64,000 nt of DNA. Origin: Blastocladiella emersonii ATCC 22665. Its lineage: Eukaryota; Fungi; Blastocladiomycota. Below, in pieces: positions 1 through 10,349 of this stretch (positions are counted from its first letter, which is position 1; every line of letters starts with the position of its first letter). The stretch is from assembly GCA_025594325.1 (NCBI GenBank), contig JANHCV010000002.1, forward strand, positions 1,054,001 to 1,118,000. The letters are read 5' to 3'. Both the position numbers and the translations under genes were made by a program. The notes beneath the pieces are model-generated. The model made no database searches and was not told the DNA's origin. It saw only the letters and a list, made by a program, of their open reading frames with translations.

Positions 1-1314
1 CCGCCAGCGTCCACATGCTCCTCACGATGCGCGCGAGAGGGCGTCTGTGAGCGCGACCAACCACGATCCGAGACCTGGCTGGAAGGGGAAACTCGGTTGT
101 TCGTGTTGGCCGACGGCCGTGTGAGCGACTGTGGTAGGGCAAGGTCCAACACCGAGTCACAACCAATTTGAGCTTGATCTCGCGAAAGCGACCGTGGGCG
201 AGTTGGAGAGCGGGAGCGGGAGCGGGAGCGGGGCCGATTGTGATCGGACCGATCCAGGGTGCAAGCAGGACGGTGCGCGTGAACATGCGGCTGTGGCCGA
301 GACTGTGTGGCCAGTGCGTCGGGGCCCACGGGTAGAAGAACGTCTTGCTGTTGCTTGAGGAACTGACGCGCCCACTTTGGAAGAAAGCGGTGAGGAATGT
401 CAAAGCGTCCGCTGGTCAGTTTCTTTGAAACAAGGCTACGGTGCGTTTTACTCGAGTGAGTGAGGCTTTTCAAGCGATGGCAGTAGTGATCAAGCGGTAC
501 TAGCAAGACCGGTCCCAAGCCCTCTCAACACGGAGCGTGCAGCGCTCCAATGTGCGCTTCCCCGTGAAAATCAGGTCGTAAGCTGTCTTGGAGTCGCTCA
601 CTCTGCAGTAATCGACATGGAAGGACCGCGAGCTTCATTGACAAACGTCTCAGCAAATGGACGCATCGTCGAACGATAATACTGAAAGAATGTGCGCCAT
701 TGAGATGTCAGTTCCGCAACCTCGAAGAACTCGTAGATTGGTCCAATTTCGCGCAGCCCTCGGCCAAGCACGTTAAAAAGTTCGCAAGGGAATTCGCTTG
801 AAGTCGTCGCCGTGATACAAAGCAACGCGACGCCAGGGACATCGTCTGAGCGCGGGGTCATCAAATGAACATTAGCGCACGGCATGCTGTAGAATACGAC
901 AAGCTTCGGTTGCCCAGCGATTGCACCCTTCACCCTCGCGAAACACTCCATGGCGATGCAAATGTCAGCCTAGGATTCACCGAAGGCACCGTCAGCGCGC
1001 ATTCATGGATCCTGCGATCAAGAAGGCTCGAGGTACTGATGGCTTACGTAGTTGACAAAGACGCAGCGCACTCCGCAGTCGGCCGTGTGCACAACGATGC
1101 GCCCCGAGCCCACATGCGGACCGAGAAACCTCATGATTTCCTCGTCGCTCGTGGAGCGCGAGAACCCACGAAAGCTGAAGGCGCGTGCAGGTGGAAGGTT
1201 CTCGATCGTGAGGACGCCGTCGTCGGCATCAGGGGCGTCGTCGCCAGCGTTTGGCCCAGGACTCGGTTTCGGTTCAGCCAACGAGATCGAAAGCGTCTTA
1301 TTCATTGGTTGCAT
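1..1314 (-). CDS. Mei2-like RRM1-RRM2 + RS-tail protein, array copy A (3' end runs off the window)
   Basis: Spliced model: exon MQPMN..LTIENLPPARAFSFRGF..RCVFVNY, intron gtaagc..cctag, exon ADICIAMECF..KLVVFYSMP..GVALLCIT, then SRSFHVDYC..ERAWDRSC, then KKLTSGRFDIPHRFLPKW..RPRSRSRSRSP, open to position 1. Same motifs and similar exon layout as copies B-E. Confidence 0.7.
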
Positions 1315-1526
1315 AGAGTGTGGTTTCATGAGCGCGAGTAAATAGTGTTTCGCGTGGAGTGGAGGTGCTTGAGTCGAGTCCAGGAGCATGTCTCAAACCG
1401 TGAACTCTGATCGACTCACGGGCGAGCGCGAGTTGTATCGGCGCGCTACGACGCGTCTCGGATCAGACGGACAGCAGCTAAGCGAGATCGAAACAACAAC
1501 GCTGATATATCTAATGAACCTCTGGC

Positions 1527-3354
1527 TCACGAGACGTGTCCAGTCCCGGCGAGCCTCCGTTGCAGGGCCAGCAACCTTGAAGGAAGCTCCTGCAATAGAG
1601 CAGGTGCTTGATTTGGATAGGACGGGCCCCGCGCGAGATGTACGAGCTCGTTCGGCAAGGCTGGTCGATGTGCAGTAGCGAGAGGCAGAGCCACCTTGGT
1701 TGAGTCGGCGGAATGCGCCGCTGGCCACGGCGCGTGCTGCTGAAGTCCTGGCCATGCGAGCGGGTAGCCGTTTGGATCAGCGTGCGAGTGCGGCTGGCTC
1801 GAGTTGCTAGAAGGAAGCAAGGAAGGTAGAAAGGGCTGAGCAGCAGCAGGGTCGGCGTGAGACGGTGTCAATGCAGGGCACAGGGACGTCGAGCGAGAGT
1901 CCTGGAGCTCGGGCGGTGCCGCGTTTGGCGCGGGAGTGCGCGCGGAAGCCGGCTCCGTCTTCGCGTCGTCGGAGGAGACCCGACGATGGCGCAAACGAGA
2001 GCGGGAACGGGTCCGCGAACGCGACGAGCGGCGATCTCGTGTCCGACGAGATGAAGAGCGCTCGCGCCGCTTCGGCGAGCGCGACCGTTGCCGCTTCGAG
2101 GACCGAGCGCGCGAGTCATTCCGCCGCGTCGAGGACCGAGTGCGCGAGTCGTTCCGCCGCGATCGTCCGCGTCTACTCGAGCGAGAGGGGGAGCGGGAGC
2201 GGGAGCGAGAGCGTCGCTTGCGAGAATCGCGTTCGCGGGTTCGTGATCGAGAGCGCGAACGCAAGCTTGTGCGCTTGCGCGTGCGGTCGTCATAGTTGAG
2301 CAGTAGATCGCGCAAGTCTCGTTTGGGTGCGACTGGCTGTTGAGGGGATGTAGGGACAAACAGCGGCACGGGTTTTACTCGCCTGCTCGGTTCGGGCAAC
2401 GGCTGTTTCTCGGAATACATCTTGACCCATCGCGGGAGAAGTTTTGCGGGGATGTCGAACCGCCCGCTCGTGATCTTCTTTGTGACGTATCTAAACATCA
2501 AGATGAGATGAGGAGAGGAGGCCGGTTAGTGTGAGCGGCGAGGAAACGCGGACGCGGGGGGTACGTGCAAGTACGACTTGTCCCACGCTTCTTCAGCCTC
2601 GAGCTCGCAGCCCGCGACGGAGCAAGTTCGAGCACGGATAAGGCCAAGAGCAGCGATCGAGCTTTGGATATCGCAGAATTCGGCGTAGAAGGCGCGCGAA
2701 GCACGCTGAGACCTATTGAGCGTGTCAGTACGCGCGATGGAAGCTGGCGCCAGCAAGGATGGGGTATGTACTCATGAGTAGAAGGTTCGGAGAGTTCCTG
2801 CAGCAAGAAAAGTTTGCCGTATCGGCTCAACGCCTGGTCGAGCTCGCGCTTGAGGTCGGCCGGGTATTGCGGAGTGGCTCTGACCGTGATGAGAAGCGAA
2901 GCAACACCGGGAGTGTTCCGTGAGCGCGGCGTCAGGGAGGACACCTTTTCGTTCGGCAGGATATAGTAGACAAGCGGGCGAACACGCCCAAACGACTCGT
3001 CCTTGATTTTCGCAAAGCTTTCCATGCATTCGCGAATGTCCCACTAGCAAAAATGCGAGACAGAGTTAGAGCTCACGACGTGCTACTCACTCTGCGCCGC
3101 GCGATACGCACGAAATGCACAAAGATGCGGTGCTCGGTCGAGTAACCGTTCAAGAAGACCACGCGGCCGTTACCGATGAGCGGGCTCAGAAGGTGGCGCA
3201 CCTCCGACTCCTTCAGGGAGCGCGGAAACCCGTGAACGCAGTAGGAGCGGGCGGGCGGGAGGTTCTCAATCGTGAGGACCTCGTCATCGCTCGCCATTGA
3301 GTTTGGCCCTCGCGCCGCCATCGGGCTCGCTGGTTGTTCATTCATTCGTTGCAT
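1527..3354 (-). CDS. Mei2-like RRM1-RRM2 + RS-tail protein, array copy B
   Basis: Four exons joined by gtgcgt..gctag, gtacat..aatag and gtactt..tttag: NLPPARSYCVHGFP..RIFVHF|WDIREC..PLVYYILP..AFYAEFCDI..EEAWDKS|YVTKKITSGRFDIP..LPRW, then a long RSRSRS tract. Confidence 0.75.
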
Positions 3355-3943
3355 AGAGTCTGTTACATGGAGCTCAGGGCCTCGGCAGATGGTGTGCAGG
3401 TTGCGAGGGGCGCGGGGTCGGCGGCTGACGGAACGATCGCCTGTCTCACCGAAACGTGATCGCGCCACGTGAGGGATGCGAGACGCGTTCTCGCGCGTGT
3501 CGGCGCCTTCCGCCCCGCTGACCAGTCCATCAGTTGTGTGTAGTGTGCGTCGCGAGCACCATCGTCAGGCACGGCTTGGAGGTGAGCGGGGTGGGGATGG
3601 CGGCGCAACGTGGCCCTGCATACGAACGAGCGTTCGGCAGCCGTCACGGTGTGGCGCAACGCGGCCTGGCCGGCGCACACTCGCGCTCCCGCCCACCGAC
3701 TGCTGATGTGCATCGGGGCTCGGTCGATGTGGAGCTTGTTCACCTTAGTTCGTACGACTGCAATGCGTAGGACTTGCCGCGCGGATCGACGTGGTTCACC
3801 GCGGCCAGGGGCCGACCTCATCGTACAAGCCTGAGTTGAGTGCGAATAAGTCAAGAACGAGCGTATATCTTTACATATCGCAAACTGCGGCAACTTCGTG
3901 GCTGCCATTCACACCGAGAGAGTCGCATGCGAAGTCTGACCTG

Positions 3944-5992
3944 CTACTGCTGCTGCGACCACTGGCCAAGCAGCATGCGCGGAGCGAGTGCTGCAAGCAA
4001 CTGGTTTGCATTGAGTCCCACAGTCGGCGTCGCGGAGCTCGGCAACATCAACGACTGCGGCGCGGTGCTCGGCAGCAGCAGGGACTGCGAGGCGGAGCTT
4101 GGCAACAGCAGCGACTGCGATGCGGAACTCGGCAGCAGCAACGGCGCTCCACCGGACTGCATCAAGCCTGAGGCAGCGAGTTGCAGAAGCTGGGTTTGGG
4201 AAAGGCCGAGAGGCATCGTCAACGCGCCCTGCGGCAGGATCAGAGACTGGGACTGAGCCGCCGCGTTCGGCATGGAGCCCTGGGCGAGCGCAAGCTGAAG
4301 GGTCGGCGAAAGAAGCGCGCCAGCAAGCGAGTTCTGCATCCCAGCAAGCTGCTGCAGGCTCTGCAGCTGCACGAGCTGCGTCATGTTGGGAAGCACAAAG
4401 TTGGGTACGAGAGCCGTCGCGGCGCTGACGACGGGTATGGGATTCGAGGACGGCGAGCGAGAGCGTGCGCGACTCGACTTGTTCGAGCGGGTCTGGTGCG
4501 ACCGTTCGCGCGAATGAGAGCGAGAGCGTGAGCGCCGATCGGACTTTCGAGACCGGTGCGATCGCGACTCGCGCTTGGGCGAGCCGTCCTCGCGATGAGT
4601 TGAGCGCTTCGACTCGCGCAAACGCGAAGGATGACGTGGGCGATCCCGATCACTGTCGTGGCTCCGACGCGAGCGAGAAGGCGAAGCGTTGCGCGAGCGA
4701 GAAGAAGAAGCGTTGCGCGAGCGAGAAGGAGAAGCGTTGCGCGAGCGAGAAGGAGAAGCGTTGTGCGAGCGAGAAGGCGAACCCCTGCGTATGCGAGAAG
4801 GCGACGACTTGCGTGAGCGAGAAGGTGACGACTTGCGCGACCGGGACTGAGGGAGCGACCGCGCGGGCGATCGCGACGCGGAGCGAGATCTCGAGCGATG
4901 AGCGCGTTCCCGAGTGCGCGACGGTAGCGAAGCCGGTGGGCGCATCTCGCCGTTCGGTTCCAGCGGCGCATTACTGCGAGCAGGACCGCGTTCGTGCGAG
5001 CTCGGGGGATCGCGCCCCGAAATAGCCGATCGGCGAGCCGACGTTCTGGCCGGCATAAACGTACGCGCCCAGGTTGGCATGTCGCCAATAGCAAGGTTGA
5101 AGCAGCCGCGCGCAAGTTTTTTCGAGATCTCGCTAGACGAGCGAGCAGGGCAAAGGTCAGCAGCGACGCGACGGGGGAGAAACAAGGTCGAACGTACAGG
5201 CACGACGCATCCCACGCGAGCTCCATGGTCACGACGCAATCGGTCAGGCCGATGCCCGAGCGGCAAGCGTTTTGGCAATCGGTGATGCTGTAAAACTCGC
5301 ACAAGTACTGACGCGAGCTACAAATCGACCAACGAGCACGTCAGCACCGAGGCCCTGTAAGCATCGACCAGCAGAAGATGGACGAGATGCAAGCGTACTC
5401 TTCCGTCGTCGCACCCGGGATCACCTCGAACCGAAAGAGCGGACCAAAGCTAGCCAGCTCCGGCTCAAGCGTGCGCCCGAGGTCGGCAGGACAGACCGTG
5501 GACGACCGGATCGTCACAAGAACCGAGGCGACGCCGATCGTACCCGGCTCGCACGGAGTCAAAGCGTGGCACCTCCGGCTGGGCATAGCGTAGTACGGCT
5601 CAAGAATCATGTCGCGGCCAACGCGCCGCCCTCGCAGCTGCTCGAAAGCCTTCATGCTGTCGCGGAGATCGTGCTACCGTTGGGCACGTGTGAGATGCAG
5701 CGGGCGCGGCAGTATCAACTCTCAATCGTACGAAGTAGGCGAAGGCCCAGTTTCCTCCTGGGCCCAGGATAGCTTTGATCTCGTAGCAGTTCTTGACGAG
5801 GGGCCACAGCAAACCCATGACGTCCCGCCTCGCCAGCTTGGACGAAAAGCCGCAGACGCGCAGTGTCCGCGAGGGCGGCATGTTCTTCATAGTCAGGATC
5901 TCATCGTCGTCGAGGGCGCCGTTGCGCGCGGGCGTGGCGGGAGGCGCGCGAGGGGGCGACTGCTGCCCTCGCGTGGAACTGGATGCTGACAT
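3944..5992 (-). CDS. Mei2-like RRM1-RRM2 + RS-tail protein, array copy C
   Basis: Exons: NMPPSRTLRVCGF..WAFAYF|HDLRDSMKAF..YYAMP..GVASVLVT..FGPLFRFEV|SRQYLCEFYSITDCQNA..MELAWDASC|EISKKLARGCFNL..MPTW, then RS repeats and a Q/L-rich tail. Canonical splice sites keep the frame. Confidence 0.75.
4035..4143. repeat. About 3.6 x 30-nt coding tandem repeat in the copy C tail
   Basis: Units of the form gagctcggcaacatcaacgactgcggcgcg; encode LLLPSSASQS-like 10-mers on the minus strand. Confidence 0.8.
4670..4837. repeat. 7 x 24-nt coding tandem repeat in the copy C RS domain
   Basis: Unit cgagcgagaaggagaagcgttgcg with variants; encodes SPSRSRNA-like 8-mers on the minus strand. Confidence 0.9.
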
Positions 5993-6214
5993 GGTTGCCG
6001 TTGAATCAATTGCATAAAGTTTCCATCACCAAATCCATCGTCCGCTCGCGGGATACGATGGAGTGTGAGGAGCGGGAGACGAAACGGGCCCGCTGCCGGC
6101 AGCGCAGCGGTGGCTCGCCTCGCGGCTCCAAGTCGCGCCGCTCAAGCTTGCCCACCGATGAGGCCAATCCAATGACCTTTATTCAAAGTATACGCCAGCC
6201 GTTCTCGGCTCGCC

Positions 6215-8197
6215 TCACTGCGCCGCCGGGTTGGGCGCCGAGTCCGGCTGCGGGGCGCGGCGAGCGTTGCTGCGCGGGTCGACGGCGCGCCGCTGCGGCG
6301 GCTGGACCTCGATCTGCGCCGCAGCAGCCAGCTGGCCCGCCTGCGCCGGTGCTGGCGGCAGGGGCTGGCCGGCCGCGGGGAAGAGCTGCGCGAGGTTGGC
6401 CTGCGGCCACCCGAACGGGGCCGCGGGCGGGTTGCTCCACTGGAACAGGTTGGCGAGAAGCGACGCGGACGCCATGGCGTCGGGAAGCGCGGCCTGGCCG
6501 AACTGCGGAGTCTGGAACTGCGCCGCCGCTGCTGCGGCCATCATGGCCGTCGTGAGGCTGGCGAGCTGCTGCTGCTGCTGTAATTGTTGATGTTGCTGCG
6601 CGAGCTGGGTCACGTCGGGCGCTACCTTGGCCGGCGACACCGCGGTCGTGGCGGCGGTTGCGGTACCCTTGGACTTTGGAGGCGAAAGCACGCGGGAAGG
6701 AGCGCTGTCCGCCGAAGCGCGGACCTTGTCCTTGCCCTCCTTTGACCGAGGTTGCGACGGCGAGCTAGGCCCAGCGCGGGACCGAGTCGGGGACCGCGAG
6801 CGTTCGCGCGTGGATTTCCGATCCCGTTCGCGATCCCGGTCACTGGCCCTCGACGAGCGCAGGTTTTCGCGAGTTCGGGACCGGGAGCGGGTACGCGAGC
6901 GGCGCTGCCGGGCATCCCAGTCGTGACTGCGGCTACGCGTGCGATCCCGGCCGTGGCCGTGCGATCGGTGAGGCGACCGCGACCGCGACCGCGACCGCGA
7001 GCGAGAGCGGCCTCGCTTGCGGCGGGAAAGTGGCGAGCGAGAACGAGAGCGTGAACGAGAGCGGGCTCGCCGCCGAGGTGGCGATTTGGAGCGCAGCCGT
7101 TGCGAGCGGCTCGAGCCGCCGGAAGCGCGGGTACGGCTGCTGTCGCGGGAGCCCGAGGCCGAGGCGTAGCCGTTCGACGGTGTCGATCTGGAGCGGATGA
7201 TTTCCTTGATGCTGGTCTTGGCGGCGAGAAAGGGGAGTGCCCATTTCGGCAGGAAGCTCCGAGAAATCTCAAAGTGGCCGCGGGAGACCTTGCGAGCGGT
7301 CGCTCTACACACGCGCGAGAAATCGGTCAGCGGCACCAAGGGACGGGGAGCGAGCGTTGAGACCACGCACACGCAGTTCAAGTCCCACGCCAGCTCCATG
7401 GACACGACGCAGCCAGGAAGGCGCACCACGGAGCGGTACGCCGTTTCGCGGGCGCCAATCTCGCAGAACTCGACCATGTACTTGCGCGTGCTACACTCGT
7501 GCGAGTTGAGCGTTCGATCAAGAGAAGCAGGGACAAACGATCGCCGCCACGCGTACCCGTCGCTTGTGGGCTCGCCGACTGCTTCGAACCGGTAGATCGC
7601 GCCAGACTTCTGCAGCGCCAGCTTGAGCGCGTCCGCAGGGTCCACAGTCGGATCCGACAGCGGCGGCACCGTGACGAGGACGGAAGCGACACCCTGCACG
7701 TTCACACCACACGGGGTCGGTTCGAGGGCCAGGCCGGCGGGCATGGTGTAGAAGGCGAGCAGCTCGTGGCCGTCCACGGTCTGGCCCTGGAACCGCGGGT
7801 AGGCCTCGATGCAGTCGCGAATGTCGCGCTAAACGTAGCGCGACGATAGTGTGAGCTACGTCAGGCGCGGGCGCGTGTGATGCACGCAATCGTCAGCAGC
7901 GTACGTAGTGCGAGAAGATGCAGTAGTCGTCACCGCCGGGGGAGATAAAGATGCGCCCGCGGCCGGCCAGCGGGGCGAGCAGGCGGTTGACGCGCTGCGT
8001 GCTCAACTTGCGCGGGATCCCGCGGATGCACAACGATCGCGACGGCGGCATCGTCTCGAGCCGCAGCGGCGGGTCGGGAGGGGCGACGTCTACTTGGACA
8101 GGGCGACTCGTGAGAATGTGCTGGTACGGTGCAACAGACGAGTCGCGCGGGACGCACTGGGAGCCGGGTCGTCCGGCGGCGATGCGGCCGTCATCAT
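6215..8197 (-). CDS. Mei2-like RRM1-RRM2 + RS-tail protein, array copy D
   Basis: Start ccaccATG at 8197, intron 8090-8157, TMPPSRSLCIRGIP..YCIFSHY|RDIRDCIEA..LLAFYTMP..GVASVLVT..|TRKYMVEFCEI..MELAWDLNC|ATARKVSRGHFEI..LPKW, then RS tract and Q/A/P-rich tail. Confidence 0.75.
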
Positions 8198-8500
8198 GGT
8201 GGGAATGTGATCGGGTTGGGCTCACGGGAGAGATGCGTGGAGTGCGACACCCTCGAGAAGTTGCATGGAGTGTGTCTGCCAGTGCCCGGGAGGCGTGTCC
8301 AGGTTGGGGACGAGAAGGGGGAGCGCCGGCCGCCGCTCGGCTGGCGATGCAGCGACCGGCCGGCTCACCTGACCCTGAAACGCGACGCGCTTCGGAGCGC
8401 CCCTGCCCAAAGCGCAACGCTGGCCTGAACCCGCTCGCCTAAAGAACCGACTATCAGCCATGGAGGAAAAGAACTGAGCGTGTTGGCAAAGGTTTTACTC

Positions 8501-10349
8501 TCATTGCGGACGGCGATTCAGCCCGATGTAGTGCTGCTGCAGCGCAAAGAGCTCCGCCGCCGTCGACTGCGAAGCTTGCATGGAAGCCCCCAGAAACGGC
8601 ATCGCCAGTGAGCCAGGATGAGTTGCCCCGCCAAGCTGCTGCGCAGGCGGAGCGCCGTGCTGAGCGTACGGCAAGTTGAACGGCATCGGTGGCAGCGCAC
8701 CGTCCGGCTGCGTCAGACCCGGAACGAAGCCCGCGAGCGCCATGCCCGCTGGGATTCCTCCGTACCCAGTCATCGGGCCAAAGGAAGCGTATGCGAGCGC
8801 GTGCATGCCGGCGGAGAGCGCGCACATCGCGCGCTGCGGTTGATGCTGATGTCCAAAGAAACCGAGTCCGTTGAGAAGCGCAGGGTGAGTGTAATTAGGA
8901 AGCGAAGACGGCGAGAGCAGGTGCGCGTGAGCATGGCCTGGCTCGTGAGATCGGTCGTGTCGCGATCGAGATGAAGGCCGTGTACGAGAGCGAGAGCGAG
9001 AGCGTGATCTCGGTCTCGACGACCAGGAACGAGACGAGGAACGCGAGCACGTTTGGTGCCGGGTGCGAGGACGAGCAGACAGCGAGCGTCGGCGGGCCGA
9101 GCTGCGGCCTCGACGAGATGAAGGGCCAGGCGATCGATGTTGATCGAGCGAGCGGGAAAGAGACCGCGAACGCGTGCGCGAGCGGTACCGAGAAGGATCA
9201 CGATTGCGACCTCGGCCGAGGTGGAAGTCGTGAACAGGGTCAGGCCCGCGGGAGCTCGGCCGAGTGCGCGGCGACGGCCGTCGCGGCGAGCGCGACCGAC
9301 TTAGGGTGCGCGTTGATGACGACGGTCTCGACTCGCGCTGCTTCTTGAACTGAGCCTCGCGCTTCACCCAGTTGGGCGCCCTTACTTGGAACCCGGGGCG
9401 CTCGGTTTCTGAGCTGGCGTAGGACGATGCCCATCGCGGGAGGTGGCCCCTGTAGATGCGGAAGTGACTCCGAGCGACCTTGTCGGAGATTTCCCTACGA
9501 CTTGCGCGAGCGGTCAGTCTCGTTGTTGAAGGAGCAAAGCGGAAGCAACGTACACGCAGCGCCGGTCCCACGCGCGTTGAATGGTCGCGCTCATGGTCTT
9601 GAACTGGCCTCGCGATATGATGACCGCGGTGCATTTTGACGTGTCGTAATACTCGCAAAGAAACTGGCGCGAGCCCGAGCTATCACTACACGCCCGTGCA
9701 GAGTACATTCGAGTGAGTGTGAGTGTGAGTCGCCTGGTCCGGTAGCAGCCCAGAGGAACGTTTTCTTTGCGTACCCAGCAGTCGCAGACCGCGTCACTTC
9801 TTCGAAGAGAAAGATGCTCCCGAACTGCTCGAGCTCGCGTTTCAGCGCGGACGCGACCACTTCATCGGTTTGGTCGCGAAAAGACTTGACGGTGGCGAGC
9901 AGCGAGGCGACGCCGATCGTCGTCTCCCTGCACGGCGTGAGCGAGGGGACCAAACGGTTGGGCATCGAGTCGAAGACAAGCAATCCCGAGCTGATCAATC
10001 CCGCGTGGCGGCCCAGCTCGCAGTGCTTGAGCCGCGCCATGGCTTCGACACTGTCGCGGAGATCCTTCTGTTGCGCACACCGAGTGAGAACCGTCCATGC
10101 AAGAGCGTTGAGGTCGAAGCTTGGGCGGGCGCGTCAGCGGAAGAATCGAAGCGCGATGGCCAGACGTGAGGTCCGTTTGAGCGTCATGAGCAAGGCTCGC
10201 CATGGCGTTTCGGAAAGTGTTGATGGCATAGCGTGAAGGCGACAGCGGCCGAACGTTTCGTGGCCCGGGCGAGCGGGGTAGCTCGACCGGGCTGGATAGC
10301 AAGTTTGAGTCCGGTGAGGCGACTGGTACGCCCGGTTTGGCAGCTTCAA
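8501..10349 (-). CDS. Mei2-like RRM + RS-tail protein, array copy E (first exon junction looks disrupted; possibly truncated or pseudogene)
   Basis: CRLHAMPSTLSETPWRALLMTLKRTSRL aligns with copy B RRM1, but an in-frame TGA lies at 10134-10136 with no suitable GT donor. Downstream KDLRDSV..GVASLLAT..|SRQFLCEYYD..QRAWDRRC|EISDKVARSHFRI..LPRW and the RS tract are intact. Confidence 0.6.

Noticed and set aside
4670-4837. Regular 24-nt repeats as a possible CRISPR array
   Set aside because: Units are contiguous with no unique spacers, lie in a coding exon, and no cas genes are present.
1857-9348. Plus-strand ORFs with ERERER or CASEKEKR repeats
   Set aside because: They are antisense shadows of the RS-coding repeats; the minus-strand frames carry the conserved domains and splice sites.
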